From assembly GCA_050951805.1 (NCBI GenBank), contig JBMNJT010000002.1:544001-608000 (forward strand): 64,000 nucleotides of DNA, written 5' to 3'. This document shows, in pieces, positions 50,656-61,639 of this stretch. Source of the DNA: Bacillota bacterium (GTDB lineage: Bacteria; Bacillota; DTU025). The position numbers were made by a program, and so were the translations under genes. Position 1 is the first letter of the stretch, and the number at the start of each line of letters is the position of its first letter. The notes under the pieces are model-generated. The model saw only the letters and a list, made by a program, of their open reading frames with translations. It ran no database searches and was not told the origin of the DNA.

Positions 50656-52149
50656 GTGAAGATAATGGACGAACTTGGAGGACAATTTGAAGGCGCTGAA
50701 CTAGGGAATGAACTTGCCCATAGGAAAGCGAAGGTTGAGGAGTGGCGCTCACGCGGGATTGACCCGTATGGCTCCAAGTTTGTCAGGACGCATTGCGCTG
50801 CTGAGATTGTCGAGGACTTTTCAGAGCTGGAGGGCGAAGAGGTATCGATCGCTGGGCGGATTATGGCCTTGAGGGGCCATGGAAAGGCTTCATTCCTTGA
50901 TATTGTCGATGCATCCGGTCGCATACAGCTTTATGCCAAGCACGATGCTTTAGGGGATGAGCTGTACGAGTTGCTTGGAATGATGGACATCGGCGACATC
51001 ATTGGAGTTACAGGGACTGTGTTCCGTACCAGACGCGGGGAGATCAGTGTAGCCATATCTTCGTTCCGCATACTTTCTAAGGCGCTACGGCCGTTGCCTG
51101 AAAAATGGCATGGGCTTCGCGATGTGGATACCCGTTATCGCCAGCGTTATCTTGACCTCATGGTCAATCCGGAAGTGCAGAGGACTTTTGTTTTGCGGAC
51201 TAAGATAATATCGGCGATCCGCGAATACCTCGATTCCAGAGGCTTCCTAGAGGTTGAGACACCGTGCATGCATGCGATCGCCGGCGGTGCAGCAGCTCGA
51301 CCGTTCATTACGCATCATAACGCGCTTGATATGGAATTATACTTACGTATTGCTACGGAGCTGCATCTGAAGCGTTTGATAGTAGGCGGGTTTGAAAAGG
51401 TGTACGAGCTTGGCCGGATATTCCGGAATGAGGGCATCTCCACAAAGCATAATCCGGAATTCACGTCGATCGAAGTATATGAAGCTTATGCAGATTACTA
51501 CGATATGATGGATCTTACAGAGGGTCTTGTGGCGTATGTGGCCGAGACAGTGTTGGGCACTACGGAAGTGGAGTATCAAGGAGATAAGATCGATTTTGCG
51601 CCCCCTTGGACACGGATTACCATGGCTGAGGCAGTCCTAAAGGAGACAGGCGTCGATTTCCTCAACATCGAACAGACGGAGGCGGTAGCGGCCTCCAGGA
51701 AGTTAGGGCTGAAAGTGTCTGATGATGCTACTTGCGGCTTCTGCATGAGTGAAGCGTATGAGGAGTTCGTAGAGAGCCGTCTGGTGCAACCCACTATAGT
51801 CATGGATTATCCGATAGAAGTGTCGCCGCTTGCCAAAAGACGGGCTGACAACCCCAATCTCACCTACAGATTTGAAGTGGTATGTGCCGGACGCGAATTG
51901 GCTAATGCCTTCACAGAACTGAACGATCCAGAGGATCAGCTGCAGCGGTTCAGCGCTCAAGTTGCCCAGCGCGAGAAGGGCGATGATGAAGCGCACATGA
52001 TGGATGAGGATTTCGTGACGGCACTCGAGTATGGGATGCCTCCTACGGGGGGGATGGGGCTTGGGGTTGACAGGCTTGTAATGCTCCTCACCGATTCGCC
52101 ATCCATACGAGATGTGATACTCTTCCCGTTGATGCGTCCGAAAGAATAA
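50656..52149 (+). CDS. lysS: Lysine--tRNA ligase (class II)
   Basis: [34 protein letters not shown]. Confidence 0.97.
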   Translation: MKIMDELGGQFEGAELGNELAHRKAKVEEWRSRGIDPYGSKFVRTHCAAEIVEDFSELEGEEVSIAGRIMALRGHGKASFLDIVDASGRIQLYAKHDALGDELYELLGMMDIGDIIGVTGTVFRTRRGEISVAISSFRILSKALRPLPEKWHGLRDVDTRYRQRYLDLMVNPEVQRTFVLRTKIISAIREYLDSRGFLEVETPCMHAIAGGAAARPFITHHNALDMELYLRIATELHLKRLIVGGFEKVYELGRIFRNEGISTKHNPEFTSIEVYEAYADYYDMMDLTEGLVAYVAETVLGTTEVEYQGDKIDFAPPWTRITMAEAVLKETGVDFLNIEQTEAVAASRKLGLKVSDDATCGFCMSEAYEEFVESRLVQPTIVMDYPIEVSPLAKRRADNPNLTYRFEVVCAGRELANAFTELNDPEDQLQRFSAQVAQREKGDDEAHMMDEDFVTALEYGMPPTGGMGLGVDRLVMLLTDSPSIRDVILFPLMRPKE

Positions 52150-52166
52150 GGTGGAGGCGAAGCGTC

Positions 52167-52898
52167 TTGCAGGTGCTTGTATATTCTGATTATGATGAGA
52201 TGAGCGCGGCGGCCGCGAGAATGATAGCGTCTAAGATCGGCGAGCTCCCCAAGCCGGTGCTGGGGCTTGCAACTGGGTCCACGCCAATCGGCATGTATGC
52301 TGAGCTGGTGCGGCTTCATAATGAGGAAGGTCTGGACTTTTCCAACGTCACCACGTTCAACCTTGACGAATATTGCGGAGTCGACGCTGAGGATCCCAGA
52401 AGCTATCATTGGTTCATGAAAGAGCATCTTTTCTCCCATGTGAACTTGGATCCTGAAAAAGCGCATGTGCCCGCGGGAAACAGTGCAGATCCTGACGGCG
52501 AATGCGCAAGGTATGAAAGGCTGATCAAAGAGGCCGGAGGCATTGACTTGCAGGTTTTGGGGATCGGAATGAATGGGCATATCGGGTTCAACGAACCTGG
52601 CTCGGATCCGAACTCGAGGACCCGCGTGGTGCGGCTGGCTGAGCAGACAATAGAGGTTAACAGAGCCAAGGGCGGACTGAATGCCTTGCCAGGTTATGCG
52701 ATATCCATGGGTATCGGAACAATAATGGAAGCGCGCCAGATATTGCTTCTGGCAAATGGCGCAGGCAAGGCGGAGATTATTCGGCGTGCGCTTACCGGGC
52801 CGGTTACGCCCGATGTGCCGGCTTCCCTGCTCCAGACGCATCCTAACGTTGTGTGTATGCTTGACAAGCCGGCAGCGTCATTGCTAGATCTTTCTTGA
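52167..52898 (+). CDS. nagB: Glucosamine-6-phosphate deaminase
   Basis: GLATGSTP, FNLDEY, GIGMNGHIGFNEP. Confidence 0.95.
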   Translation: MQVLVYSDYDEMSAAAARMIASKIGELPKPVLGLATGSTPIGMYAELVRLHNEEGLDFSNVTTFNLDEYCGVDAEDPRSYHWFMKEHLFSHVNLDPEKAHVPAGNSADPDGECARYERLIKEAGGIDLQVLGIGMNGHIGFNEPGSDPNSRTRVVRLAEQTIEVNRAKGGLNALPGYAISMGIGTIMEARQILLLANGAGKAEIIRRALTGPVTPDVPASLLQTHPNVVCMLDKPAASLLDLS

Positions 52899-52945
52899 CG
52901 CAGGTATGTGTGTATGGTAGGATTATAAGCGCAGCAAGTTTGGAT

Positions 52946-53021
52946 GGGCCCGTAGCTCAGCTGGGAGAGCGCTAGAATCGCACTCTAGAGGTCGCGCGTT
53001 CGATCCGCGTCGGGTCCACCA
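52946..53021 (+). tRNA. tRNA-Ala(CGC)
   Basis: 76-nt cloverleaf, G3:U70, anticodon arm CTAGA-AT CGC AC-TCTAG, encoded CCA. Confidence 0.95.
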
Positions 53022-53046
53022 GTTTAATATGTGGGTTTCCACTTAT

Positions 53047-53079
53047 CCGGTCGTGGCATTCACGACCGGGCTTTTTTTA
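53047..53079 (+). terminator. Intrinsic terminator
   Basis: CCGGTCGTG-GCATT-CACGACCGG followed by a T run. Confidence 0.85.
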
Positions 53080-53302
53080 TGCTCGCATCTGACCGTTATT
53101 CGGTGGCGTGCATCCTGACGAAACCATGTATTTTCAAGGTTGGACAAGACTTGGTGCTGCTATAGCCGTTGGTTTTGCCGGTGTCGTCCTTTGACCCGGC
53201 AAGCGTCGAGTGTACGAAGTAGCCACGGAAGTATGGGTTGTGTACTGATGTGACATCGTATAAAATGGAACAGGTATAATCCTTTGGAAGGAGGGCTCAC
53301 GG

Positions 53303-53470
53303 TTGGCGTACGAGATCAACGATAACTGCATTGCTTGCGGTGCATGCAAAGAGGAATGTCCTACGGAGGCCATCAGCGAGGGCGATATTTACGCAATAGA
53401 CCCAGAGAAGTGCATTGACTGCGGTACATGCAACGAGGTGTGCCCTGTAGGAGCGCCGAATCCAGCTTGA
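53303..53470 (+). CDS. 2[4Fe-4S] ferredoxin (55 aa; absent from the ORF track)
   Basis: MAYEINDNCIACGACKEECPTEAISEGDIYAIDPEKCIDCGTCNEVCPVGAPNPA; TTG start, RBS AAGGAGGG. Confidence 0.95.
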   Translation: MAYEINDNCIACGACKEECPTEAISEGDIYAIDPEKCIDCGTCNEVCPVGAPNPA

Positions 53471-53743
53471 GGAAAAGGCTATATTGAATTGGCAATCCGG
53501 TTGTGGACTTCTCGATGTACCATGTACGTTGGGGGGTCCATGATTCATATTATGACAATCCACGGGCAGAAACAGATGAAAACCCGACCAGGCTGCTTCC
53601 TCAGTGGTATTCTCTGAAGTCTGCGGATGTGGGTTTGCCGTCATCAGCCGCGCCCTCAAACCCCGCGGGGGCGGCGCGTGTTGTGCGCGCATTAGCAGTG
53701 TAGTAGAATAAATGATGGATTTCGGTGGTTGGAGGGGTGTAGT

Positions 53744-54640
53744 ATGGCAATCGGGGAGCTTGTGAATTCTGTCGATAGATCTAAGTTGGAGTTTGTTGAG
53801 AAGCTCCGGGGCGGAGTGATCATGGATGTCACCACGCCAGAGCAGGCTAAGATTGCTGAAGACGCCGGGGCCGTTGCAGTCATGGCTCTTGAGAGGGTGC
53901 CTGCGGATATTCGCGCTCAGGGCGGCGTAGCGAGAATGGCCGATCCGGCCCTGATAGAGCAGATCATGGATTCAGTTTCCATCCCTGTAATGGCGAAGGT
54001 GCGGATAGGGCATTTTGTGGAGGCTCAGATACTAGAAGCGATAGGCGTACATTGCATAGATGAGAGCGAAGTCCTGACTCCGGCTGATGAGAGATATCAT
54101 GTTGACAAGCACGCTTTCACGACACCTTTCGTGTGCGGTTGCCGCAATCTCGGCGAGGCGCTCCGCAGGATAGGTGAAGGCGCTTCAATGATGCGGACAA
54201 AAGGCGAGGCAGGAACAGGAGACATAGTAGAGGCGGTCCGCCACATAAGGGCGGTTAATGAGGATATTCGGCGGCTCAAGAATATGCCTTGCGAAGAGAT
54301 AATGGCCATGGCCAAAGAGATTGGAGCCCCATACGAGCTGCTTTGCCAAGTGGCCCGGGATGGCAAGCTCCCAGTCGTGAATTTCGCCGCCGGTGGCGTG
54401 GCAACTCCTGCAGATGCCGCTCTAATGATGCAATTGGGAGCCGACGGCGTTTTTGTGGGTTCAGGCATCTTCAAGTCGGATGATCCGGCTGCCAGGGCCA
54501 GGGCAATCGTTGGCGCAGTTGCAAACTATAGGGATGCCAAAGCGCTTGCCGAGGTTTCGAAAGGCCTTGGAGAAGCCATGAAGGGGATAGATGTCTCGTC
54601 CATGGCCGATGAGGAAAAGCTGCAGGGTAGAGGCTGGTAG
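53744..54640 (+). CDS. pdxS: Pyridoxal 5'-phosphate synthase lyase subunit
   Basis: [39 protein letters not shown]. Confidence 0.96.
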   Translation: MAIGELVNSVDRSKLEFVEKLRGGVIMDVTTPEQAKIAEDAGAVAVMALERVPADIRAQGGVARMADPALIEQIMDSVSIPVMAKVRIGHFVEAQILEAIGVHCIDESEVLTPADERYHVDKHAFTTPFVCGCRNLGEALRRIGEGASMMRTKGEAGTGDIVEAVRHIRAVNEDIRRLKNMPCEEIMAMAKEIGAPYELLCQVARDGKLPVVNFAAGGVATPADAALMMQLGADGVFVGSGIFKSDDPAARARAIVGAVANYRDAKALAEVSKGLGEAMKGIDVSSMADEEKLQGRGW

Positions 54641-54733
54641 CGCTGTCTATAGCATGTAGATTCGTCTGGCTTTGGACCTGGCCCGGGCTTTCGTAAGCCG
54701 AAGGCCAGATTTTGCGAAGGCGGGGATAAATGC

Positions 54734-55993
54734 ATGTACGATAATATAAGGCGCGAGGATCCCGAAGTAGCAGATGCGATAAGCAACGAAATTCGAAGGC
54801 AGAATGAGAAGATAGAGCTGATCGCATCCGAGAACTTTGTCAGTGAAGCGGTTCTCGAGGCGTTGGGTTCGCCGCTTACCAACAAGTACGCAGAGGGTTA
54901 CCCGGGTCGAAGATATTACGGCGGGTGTGAGCACGTAGATGTTGTCGAGTCTCTTGCTATTGAGCGCGCGAAGCGGCTCTTTGGAGCGGAACATGCGAAT
55001 GTTCAGCCACACTCCGGTGCGCAGGCAAATATGGCCGTCTATTTTGCGGCTCTAGAACCCGGCGATACTGTCCTTGGGATGAACTTGACCCATGGCGGTC
55101 ATTTAACCCATGGAATGCACCTGAATATTTCCGGAAAGTATTTCCAGTTCATTCCTTATGGCGTCAGGGAAGACACGCAAATTATCGACTATGACGCCAT
55201 GGAAAACCTTGCCATAGAGCATCGCCCCAAGATGATTGTGGCAGGCGCCAGCGCATACCCGAGGATTATCGACTTTGAGCGCATAAGCGAGATTGCCCAC
55301 AGTGTAGATGCACTTCTAATGGTTGATATGGCACATATTGCCGGATTGGTTGCGGCTGGTCTTCATCCCAATCCGGTTGAATACGCGGATTTTGTGACCA
55401 CCACGACCCATAAGACTCTTCGCGGGCCTCGCGGGGGAATGATATTGTGCAAGTCGGAATGGGCTAGGAAGATCGATTCTGCAGTTTTCCCAGGTACGCA
55501 GGGCGGTCCGCTCATGCACGTCATAGCGGCGAAAGCCGTGGCTTTCGCGGAAGCTTTGCAGCCCGAGTTTGCTCAGTATCAACGTGGTATAATTATGAAT
55601 GCGCAGGCTCTCGCGGACGCGCTGATGGAACGTGGATGGCGCCTGGTTTCAGGCGGAACTGACAACCATCTAATCCTGATGGACCTCCGCGGGACGGGAA
55701 TTACAGGAAGAGTCGCCGAGGAAGCCCTCGATGAGGTGGGCATTACGGTTAACAAGAATACAGTTCCGTTCGACCCTGAAAAACCCATGGTGACCAGCGG
55801 TGTTCGAATCGGAACCCCTGCTGTTACGACTCGGGGCATGAAGGAGCCTGAGATGCGGGAGATCGCCTCACTGATCGATAAGACGCTGAGAAATCTTGGC
55901 TCAGAGGGAGCTATGGACGAAGTCAGGCAAGGTGTGAATGACATCATATCTAGGTTCCCACTGTATTCCCAAATCAGAGCCGAGTTGAGCTGA
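54734..55993 (+). CDS. glyA: Serine hydroxymethyltransferase
   Basis: [35 protein letters not shown]. Confidence 0.97.
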   Translation: MYDNIRREDPEVADAISNEIRRQNEKIELIASENFVSEAVLEALGSPLTNKYAEGYPGRRYYGGCEHVDVVESLAIERAKRLFGAEHANVQPHSGAQANMAVYFAALEPGDTVLGMNLTHGGHLTHGMHLNISGKYFQFIPYGVREDTQIIDYDAMENLAIEHRPKMIVAGASAYPRIIDFERISEIAHSVDALLMVDMAHIAGLVAAGLHPNPVEYADFVTTTTHKTLRGPRGGMILCKSEWARKIDSAVFPGTQGGPLMHVIAAKAVAFAEALQPEFAQYQRGIIMNAQALADALMERGWRLVSGGTDNHLILMDLRGTGITGRVAEEALDEVGITVNKNTVPFDPEKPMVTSGVRIGTPAVTTRGMKEPEMREIASLIDKTLRNLGSEGAMDEVRQGVNDIISRFPLYSQIRAELS

Positions 55994-56146
55994 TATACAG
56001 GTTTTTTGTTGTTGAATTTGCTCGCGAATCACTTGTGCCGCGGGTACCCGCGGCATGATTCATACGAACTATACAAGCTGTGTACGAGTTACCCCGGCCA
56101 GCTATGTATGGATGAACGATAAACACAGGATAGGGGGAGGAAGGTT

Positions 56147-56722
56147 ATGGCTAAGCTCCTAGAGATTCGCTGGCATGGACGTGCTGGTCAGGGGGCGAAG
56201 ACGGCTGCACTTGTACTGGCTGAGGCAGCTATCTCCACAGGCAAATACGCCCAGGCGTTCCCTGAATATGGCCCAGAGAGAATGGGCGCGCCCATGAAAG
56301 CTTATAACAGAATCAGCGATGAACCAATCACAGTCCACCACCATGTGGAAGAGCCAGATATCGTCATAGTTCTGGATCCGACTTTGCTCACAGTTGGCAA
56401 TGTCAAGGCCGGAGTCCCTGACGATGGAATCTACCTCGTCAACACACCGCTGTCGCCCAGCGAGATGCGCGCAAGACTGGGGCTTGAAGGCAGCAAGGCG
56501 AAGGTATACACCCTCGACGCGACCCAGGTGTCTATGGACACCATTGGCCGCAATATCCCGAACACTCCAATGATCGGTGCCCTTATTGCGGCAACGGGGC
56601 TTTTGGAGCTCGATGAGCTGCTTGAGGATACTCGGAGAAAACTCTCCAAGAAGTTGCGCCCCGAGGTGGTTGACAAGAATATGGAGGCTATTAAGCGGGC
56701 CTATCGGGAGGTGGCTTCTTAA
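56147..56722 (+). CDS. porC: Pyruvate/2-oxoacid:ferredoxin oxidoreductase gamma subunit
   Basis: EIRWHGRAGQGAKT, YGPERMGAP, PNTPMIGA. Confidence 0.92.
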   Translation: MAKLLEIRWHGRAGQGAKTAALVLAEAAISTGKYAQAFPEYGPERMGAPMKAYNRISDEPITVHHHVEEPDIVIVLDPTLLTVGNVKAGVPDDGIYLVNTPLSPSEMRARLGLEGSKAKVYTLDATQVSMDTIGRNIPNTPMIGALIAATGLLELDELLEDTRRKLSKKLRPEVVDKNMEAIKRAYREVAS

Positions 56723-57027
56723 TGTCAGTTCCTAAGGATGCCGGCTGGAAGGACGTGCCGAAGGCCGGAAGGATTCTAGAACCGGGATGTGCCGATAAGT
56801 ATGAAACAGGCGGATGGAGAACTTACCGCCCTGTTCATATAGAAGAAAACTGCATCAATTGCTTGTTCTGTTGGATTTACTGCCCTGATCAGGCCATCCT
56901 TGTAGAGGACGGGAAGTTCAAGGGCATAGACTACGCTTACTGCAAAGGCTGCGGCATATGCGCAAAGGAATGCCCAGGTAAGCGTGGCAACAAGGCACTC
57001 AAGATGGTCTTGGATGAAGAGGCCTAG
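56722..57027 (+). CDS. porD: Pyruvate/2-oxoacid:ferredoxin oxidoreductase delta subunit
   Basis: TGGWRT.RP, CINCLFCWIYCP, CKGCGICAKECP. Confidence 0.92.
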   Translation: MSVPKDAGWKDVPKAGRILEPGCADKYETGGWRTYRPVHIEENCINCLFCWIYCPDQAILVEDGKFKGIDYAYCKGCGICAKECPGKRGNKALKMVLDEEA

Positions 57028-57053
57028 ACGAAGTAAGGAAGGAGGAGCAATTC

Positions 57054-58235
57054 ATGAGCATAAGGGTTGGAAAAACCGGAAATGAGGCAGTCGCAGAGGC
57101 GATGCGCCAGATCAACCCGGACGTAGTCGCAGCGTACCCGATTACGCCGCAGACAGAGATAGTACAGATCTTCTCCAGCTTCGTCGCTAATGGCAAGGTG
57201 GATACCGAGTTCGTGACGGTAGAGAGTGAGCACTCCGCGATGAGCGCTACTGTTGGAGCCTCTGCAGCCGGCGCGCGAGCAATGACTGCTACATCGGCAA
57301 ATGGTCTTGCGTTCATGTGGGAGGTTGTATATATCGCGGCCGCTATGAGGCTGCCGATAGTAATGCCGGTCGTGAATAGGGCGCTTTCGGGGCCGCTGAA
57401 TATCCACTGCGACCATAGCGACACGATGGGGGCCAGGGATTCTGGATGGATCCAGATTTTCTCCGAAAATGCGCAGGAAGCGTATGATAACGCCATTCAG
57501 GCGCTTAGGATCGCGGAGAATTCCAATGTGCTGCTGCCGGTCATGGTGACGATGGATGGTTTCATTATCAGCCATGCCATGGAAGTAATGGAGATCCTCG
57601 AAGATGAGAAGGTTCGGGAGTTCATTGGAGAATACGTTCCCGAGAACCCTCTCCTCGACGTGGACAACCCAGTGACTATTGGACCCATAGATCTGCAGGA
57701 TTGGAATTTCGAGCATAAGAGACAGCAGGCTGAGGCTATGCGCAACGCGAAACCCGTGATTTTAGAGGTTGCTAAGGATTACGCGAAGCTGACTGGTCGC
57801 GAGTATGGCCTGTTTGAAGAATACAGGATGGAAGATGCCGAGGTAGCTGTGGTGGTTCTTGGATCTACTGCGGGTACTGCCAAGGCTGTCGTGGATGAGC
57901 TGAGGGCCGACGGGGTTCGTGCCGGCTTGCTCAAGATAAGGGTATTCCGGCCATTCCCGGCAGAAGAGATAGCTGAAGCGTTGAAAGACGTGAAGGCCGT
58001 GGCTGTGATGGACAGATCGGATTCGTTCAATGCCGTGGGCGGCCCGGTCTTTGGCGATGTGCGCTCTGCTCTGTATGACGTCGAGAACGGTCCGAGGATC
58101 GTTGACTATATCTACGGGATCGGCGGCCGCGATGTGACTCCTGATCACATCCGAACGGTCTATGCCGACCTAGCAAAGATCGCCGACACCGGGCAGGTTG
58201 AGAATCTCCTCACCTACCTTGGGGTCAGAGAGTAG
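57054..58235 (+). CDS. porA: Pyruvate/2-oxoacid:ferredoxin oxidoreductase alpha subunit
   Basis: AYPITPQT, ESEHSA, NRALS. Confidence 0.93.
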   Translation: MSIRVGKTGNEAVAEAMRQINPDVVAAYPITPQTEIVQIFSSFVANGKVDTEFVTVESEHSAMSATVGASAAGARAMTATSANGLAFMWEVVYIAAAMRLPIVMPVVNRALSGPLNIHCDHSDTMGARDSGWIQIFSENAQEAYDNAIQALRIAENSNVLLPVMVTMDGFIISHAMEVMEILEDEKVREFIGEYVPENPLLDVDNPVTIGPIDLQDWNFEHKRQQAEAMRNAKPVILEVAKDYAKLTGREYGLFEEYRMEDAEVAVVVLGSTAGTAKAVVDELRADGVRAGLLKIRVFRPFPAEEIAEALKDVKAVAVMDRSDSFNAVGGPVFGDVRSALYDVENGPRIVDYIYGIGGRDVTPDHIRTVYADLAKIADTGQVENLLTYLGVRE

Positions 58236-58246
58236 GGGGTGCGCAC

Positions 58247-59173
58247 ATGGCGACTTTGAAGGAACTGTCTAAGAAGGAGGTCCTGATCTCATCAGGCCAC
58301 CGTGCCTGTGCGGGTTGCGGATTTCCGGTCATTATAAAACAGGCGCTCCTGGCGGCGGAGAATCCGGTGGTTGTGTCGTGCGCAACAGGATGCATGGAAG
58401 TATGCACAACCATCTACCCATACACGGCGTGGAAGGTTCCATTCATCCACAACGCGTTTGAGAATTCTGCTTCGACCCTTAGCGGCGTAGAGGCAGCATA
58501 TAGGTCACTGTCTCGCCAGGGAAAGATCGACAAGAAGATCGACTTCATAGCCTTTGGCGGCGACGGAGGAACGTACGACATCGGTTTCCAGGCGCTTTCC
58601 GGAGCTATGGAACGTGGGCACAACATGCTATACATCTGCTACGACAATCAGGCATACATGAATACAGGGATTCAGCGGTCGAGCGCGACTCCGAGGGGTG
58701 CTAACACCACTACTAGCCCTGCGGGAACCGAGTCGTACGGGAAGAAGCAGTATCGCAAGGATCTCAGTGCAATTATGGTTGCTCATGAGATTCCCTACGT
58801 CGCGCAGGCTTCCCCAAGCAATTGGAATGACTTGGTCAGCAAGGTAAAGAAGGCCCTGGCCGTCGAGGGCCCTGCCTTCATGAACATCATCCAGCCATGT
58901 GTTCTCGGATGGAAGTATCCTTCCGATCAGAGCATGGAACTGGCCAGGTTGGCTGTGGATACCTGTTTCTGGCCGTTGTATGAGGTGGAAGACGGAGAAT
59001 ACAGGCTCACCTACAAGCCAAAAGAAAAGAAGCCTGTGGAAGATTGGCTTAAGAGGCAGGATAGATTCAGACACCTCTTCAAGCCGGAAAACGCCGAGAT
59101 CGTCAAGGAGATCCAGGAGGATGTGGACGAACGTTGGGCCAAGCTCCTGGCCAAGTGCGGCGAGGAGGCGTAA
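58247..59173 (+). CDS. porB: Pyruvate/2-oxoacid:ferredoxin oxidoreductase beta subunit
   Basis: ACAGC, GGDGGTYDIG, YDNQAYMNTG. Confidence 0.93.
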   Translation: MATLKELSKKEVLISSGHRACAGCGFPVIIKQALLAAENPVVVSCATGCMEVCTTIYPYTAWKVPFIHNAFENSASTLSGVEAAYRSLSRQGKIDKKIDFIAFGGDGGTYDIGFQALSGAMERGHNMLYICYDNQAYMNTGIQRSSATPRGANTTTSPAGTESYGKKQYRKDLSAIMVAHEIPYVAQASPSNWNDLVSKVKKALAVEGPAFMNIIQPCVLGWKYPSDQSMELARLAVDTCFWPLYEVEDGEYRLTYKPKEKKPVEDWLKRQDRFRHLFKPENAEIVKEIQEDVDERWAKLLAKCGEEA

Positions 59174-59226
59174 CAGCCTGACAGTCCATACAGCTTAATA
59201 GGCTGTTGTTTTCACTAACGAGCGTG

Positions 59227-59269
59227 AAGCCAGCTGGTCGTCTCAATGTCGGGGCGCCTGGCTGGCTTT
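59227..59269 (+). terminator. Probable terminator after the por operon
   Basis: AAGCCAGC...GCTGGCTTT-like hairpin. Confidence 0.5.
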
Positions 59270-59957
59270 ATGAATGTGCTGAGAGTCTGCGCCGTGCCGC
59301 AGGCATTGGCGCAGTTAAGGGGAGCACCGCCTTAGACGTGCAAATATCGTTGCAATGCAGCGTTTCGTAGGCTCGCGATTGAGGCATGCCCTGGGCGAAC
59401 CTTGTGATAGCGAGTTTACATGTTAAGCAACAGCTCAAAGCGGCTATCTTGTTCTCAGCCCAAAACCCTTGTTTCGTCAGGAATTGAGCACACCTCATTT
59501 TACGAAGCATGCTGGAGTATTGCGTCATGGTGGGTGGGAATGATTGCCAGTACACTGCGATTGCGACTTATCAGGAGAGCAGTATGAGGGGGCAATTCTC
59601 TGTTTAGGTGCGGAAAGGATCTCCGCACCCGAGGTTGAAGGTATTCGAATTTGATACGCTAAGTGAAGGCGAAGGTGCGGCATGTAATCAGGGTATGCGA
59701 GCTTTTCGATGTGGTCAACGGAGACAAGATCCTAATCGGCATGGTTGGGCTTGCGTCGGGCATTGTCATGCCATAGGGCCTGGATTCCGTACGAAGACCC
59801 TCTTCCGTAATTCTTCCGTCAAGGTGATGTCCCCCTTGTTCAGGGGTGACATTATCTCAGACGCGTACACATTTTCGTTGGCCTCCCTTGACTTTGCAGG
59901 ATTGTGGATATATCATATAAGGAAGTTGCAGGATACCGTTTCTCCTGCATATACAGC

Positions 59958-60304
59958 AAACGCGATGAGAGGGAATAGTATCCCGCAGTCTTCTTTGCAG
60001 AGAGCCGGGGGCGCCTTCAGACCATTTGAGCGGAAGCTACGCTCAGATGTTTCCGAGTCTGTGGGGGCTGGTGGGAACCGGTAAGAGGCAGTGGGGGAAT
60101 CCACCCTGGAGCGGCCGGCCGAACAAGAGTAAGCCGTGACGGGATCGCCCGTTATAGCGGACACGAGAGGGTTTGCCTGAGATCAAGCGCCCAGCGCCTA
60201 AGGGCGTGTTTGCCGTGCTTGTCCAGGCGACCAATCGGGGTGGCAACGCGGGAAGTTTGTCCCGCCCCCGGCGGCGAAAGCTGCGAGGGGGCGGGATTTT
60301 TTGT
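59958..60304 (+). ncRNA. T-box riboswitch, serine-specific
   Basis: GCGATGA..AGTA, AGAGA, GGTG, specifier GAA-TCC-A (Ser, 60100-60102), T-box AATCGGGGTGGCAACGCG (UGGC pairs with tRNA-Ser GCCA), terminator 60260-60304. Confidence 0.92.
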
Positions 60305-60341
60305 AGGCGGGATGGGCAATAGATGAAGGGGGAGTCTTAGT

Positions 60342-61619
60342 ATGCTGGACCTGAAATTCGTAAGGTCAAACCCGGAGTTAGTAAGGGATTCGCTGCGGAA
60401 GCGGGGAGAGAGCACTGAAATACTCGATACTCTCTTGGCTTGCGATGAGCGGCGTCGGGCTATACTGGTTGAAGCTGAGGAACTAAAGCGCCAAAGAAAC
60501 GAAGCATCTGCTGAGGTCGGGCGCATGAAGCAGACGGGTGAGGATGCATCCAGCATAGTAAGTGAGATGAGAATGGTCTCTGAGCGCATCCGAGGTTTGG
60601 ATCAGGAATTATCTGAAGTGGAGATGCGCCTAGCCGAGATGCTGCTTGGAATCCCGAACATTCCCCATGAATCTGTTCCGGTAGGCCGTGATGAGAGCGA
60701 AAACGTGGTCGTGCGGAAATGGGGAGAGCCGACGGCCTTCGATTTCGAGGCCAAAGCCCATTGGGATATCGGTACTGACCTGGATATTCTCGATTTCGAA
60801 CGGGCATCGAAGATTACCGGGTCGAGGTTCGTCATATACAAGGGTGCCGGCTCCAAGCTGGTAAGGGCTCTAATCAACTTCATGCTGGACTTGCATACAC
60901 AAGAACATGGCTATACTGAAGTCTTTCCACCGTTCCTCATTAACCGGGATTCAGCGGTTGGGACTGGCCAGTTGCCCAAGTTTGCAGAGGACATGTTCAA
61001 ATGTGAAGGCCTTGACTACTACCTAGCGCCCACGGCGGAGGTTCCTGTGACGAACATGTACCGCGGAGAGATCTTGCCCGGCGATTTGTTGCCGATAAAG
61101 CATTGCGCTTACACTGCGTGTTTCCGTTCAGAAGCAGGCTCTGCGGGCCGCGACACGAGGGGACTCATACGCCAGCATCAGTTCGACAAGGTGGAACTGG
61201 TCAAATTCGTTCATCCTGATACCTCTTATGACGAGCTCGAGAGGCTTGTAAATGACGCTGAAAGCATTCTGCAGTTGTTGAATTTGCCATATCAGGTCAC
61301 AATGATGTGCACCGGAGATGTGGGTTTTTCTGCAGCCAAGAAGTACGATCTCGAAGTATGGATGCCAAGCTATGATAGGTATGTTGAGATCTCGTCATGT
61401 AGCAATTTCGAGGCATTCCAGGCTCGCAGGGCAGATATCAGGTTCAGGCCTGCGCCTGGCGAACGCGCCGAATTCGTCCATACATTGAACGGCTCTGGCC
61501 TCGCAGTAGGAAGGACGATCGCCGCTATGTTGGAAAACTGGCAGCAACCGGATGGCTCTGTGACGATTCCGCCTCGGCTCAGAGGGTACATGGGCAAAAT
61601 GGAGGCAATCACAGGGTAA
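60342..61619 (+). CDS. serS: Serine--tRNA ligase
   Basis: [44 protein letters not shown]. Confidence 0.97.
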   Translation: MLDLKFVRSNPELVRDSLRKRGESTEILDTLLACDERRRAILVEAEELKRQRNEASAEVGRMKQTGEDASSIVSEMRMVSERIRGLDQELSEVEMRLAEMLLGIPNIPHESVPVGRDESENVVVRKWGEPTAFDFEAKAHWDIGTDLDILDFERASKITGSRFVIYKGAGSKLVRALINFMLDLHTQEHGYTEVFPPFLINRDSAVGTGQLPKFAEDMFKCEGLDYYLAPTAEVPVTNMYRGEILPGDLLPIKHCAYTACFRSEAGSAGRDTRGLIRQHQFDKVELVKFVHPDTSYDELERLVNDAESILQLLNLPYQVTMMCTGDVGFSAAKKYDLEVWMPSYDRYVEISSCSNFEAFQARRADIRFRPAPGERAEFVHTLNGSGLAVGRTIAAMLENWQQPDGSVTIPPRLRGYMGKMEAITG

Positions 61620-61639
61620 ACGGCTTGGTTGCACTGGGG

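Noticed and set aside
54641-54733. ZTP or glycine riboswitch before glyA
   Set aside because: A hairpin is present but the conserved aptamer motifs are missing.
59608-60084. 158-aa ORF, and a 34-aa minus-strand ORF (59766-59870) with faint AbrB-like KGDITL..ELRK
   Set aside because: The long ORF overlaps the T-box and has no motifs; the small one is too short, with poor RBS spacing.
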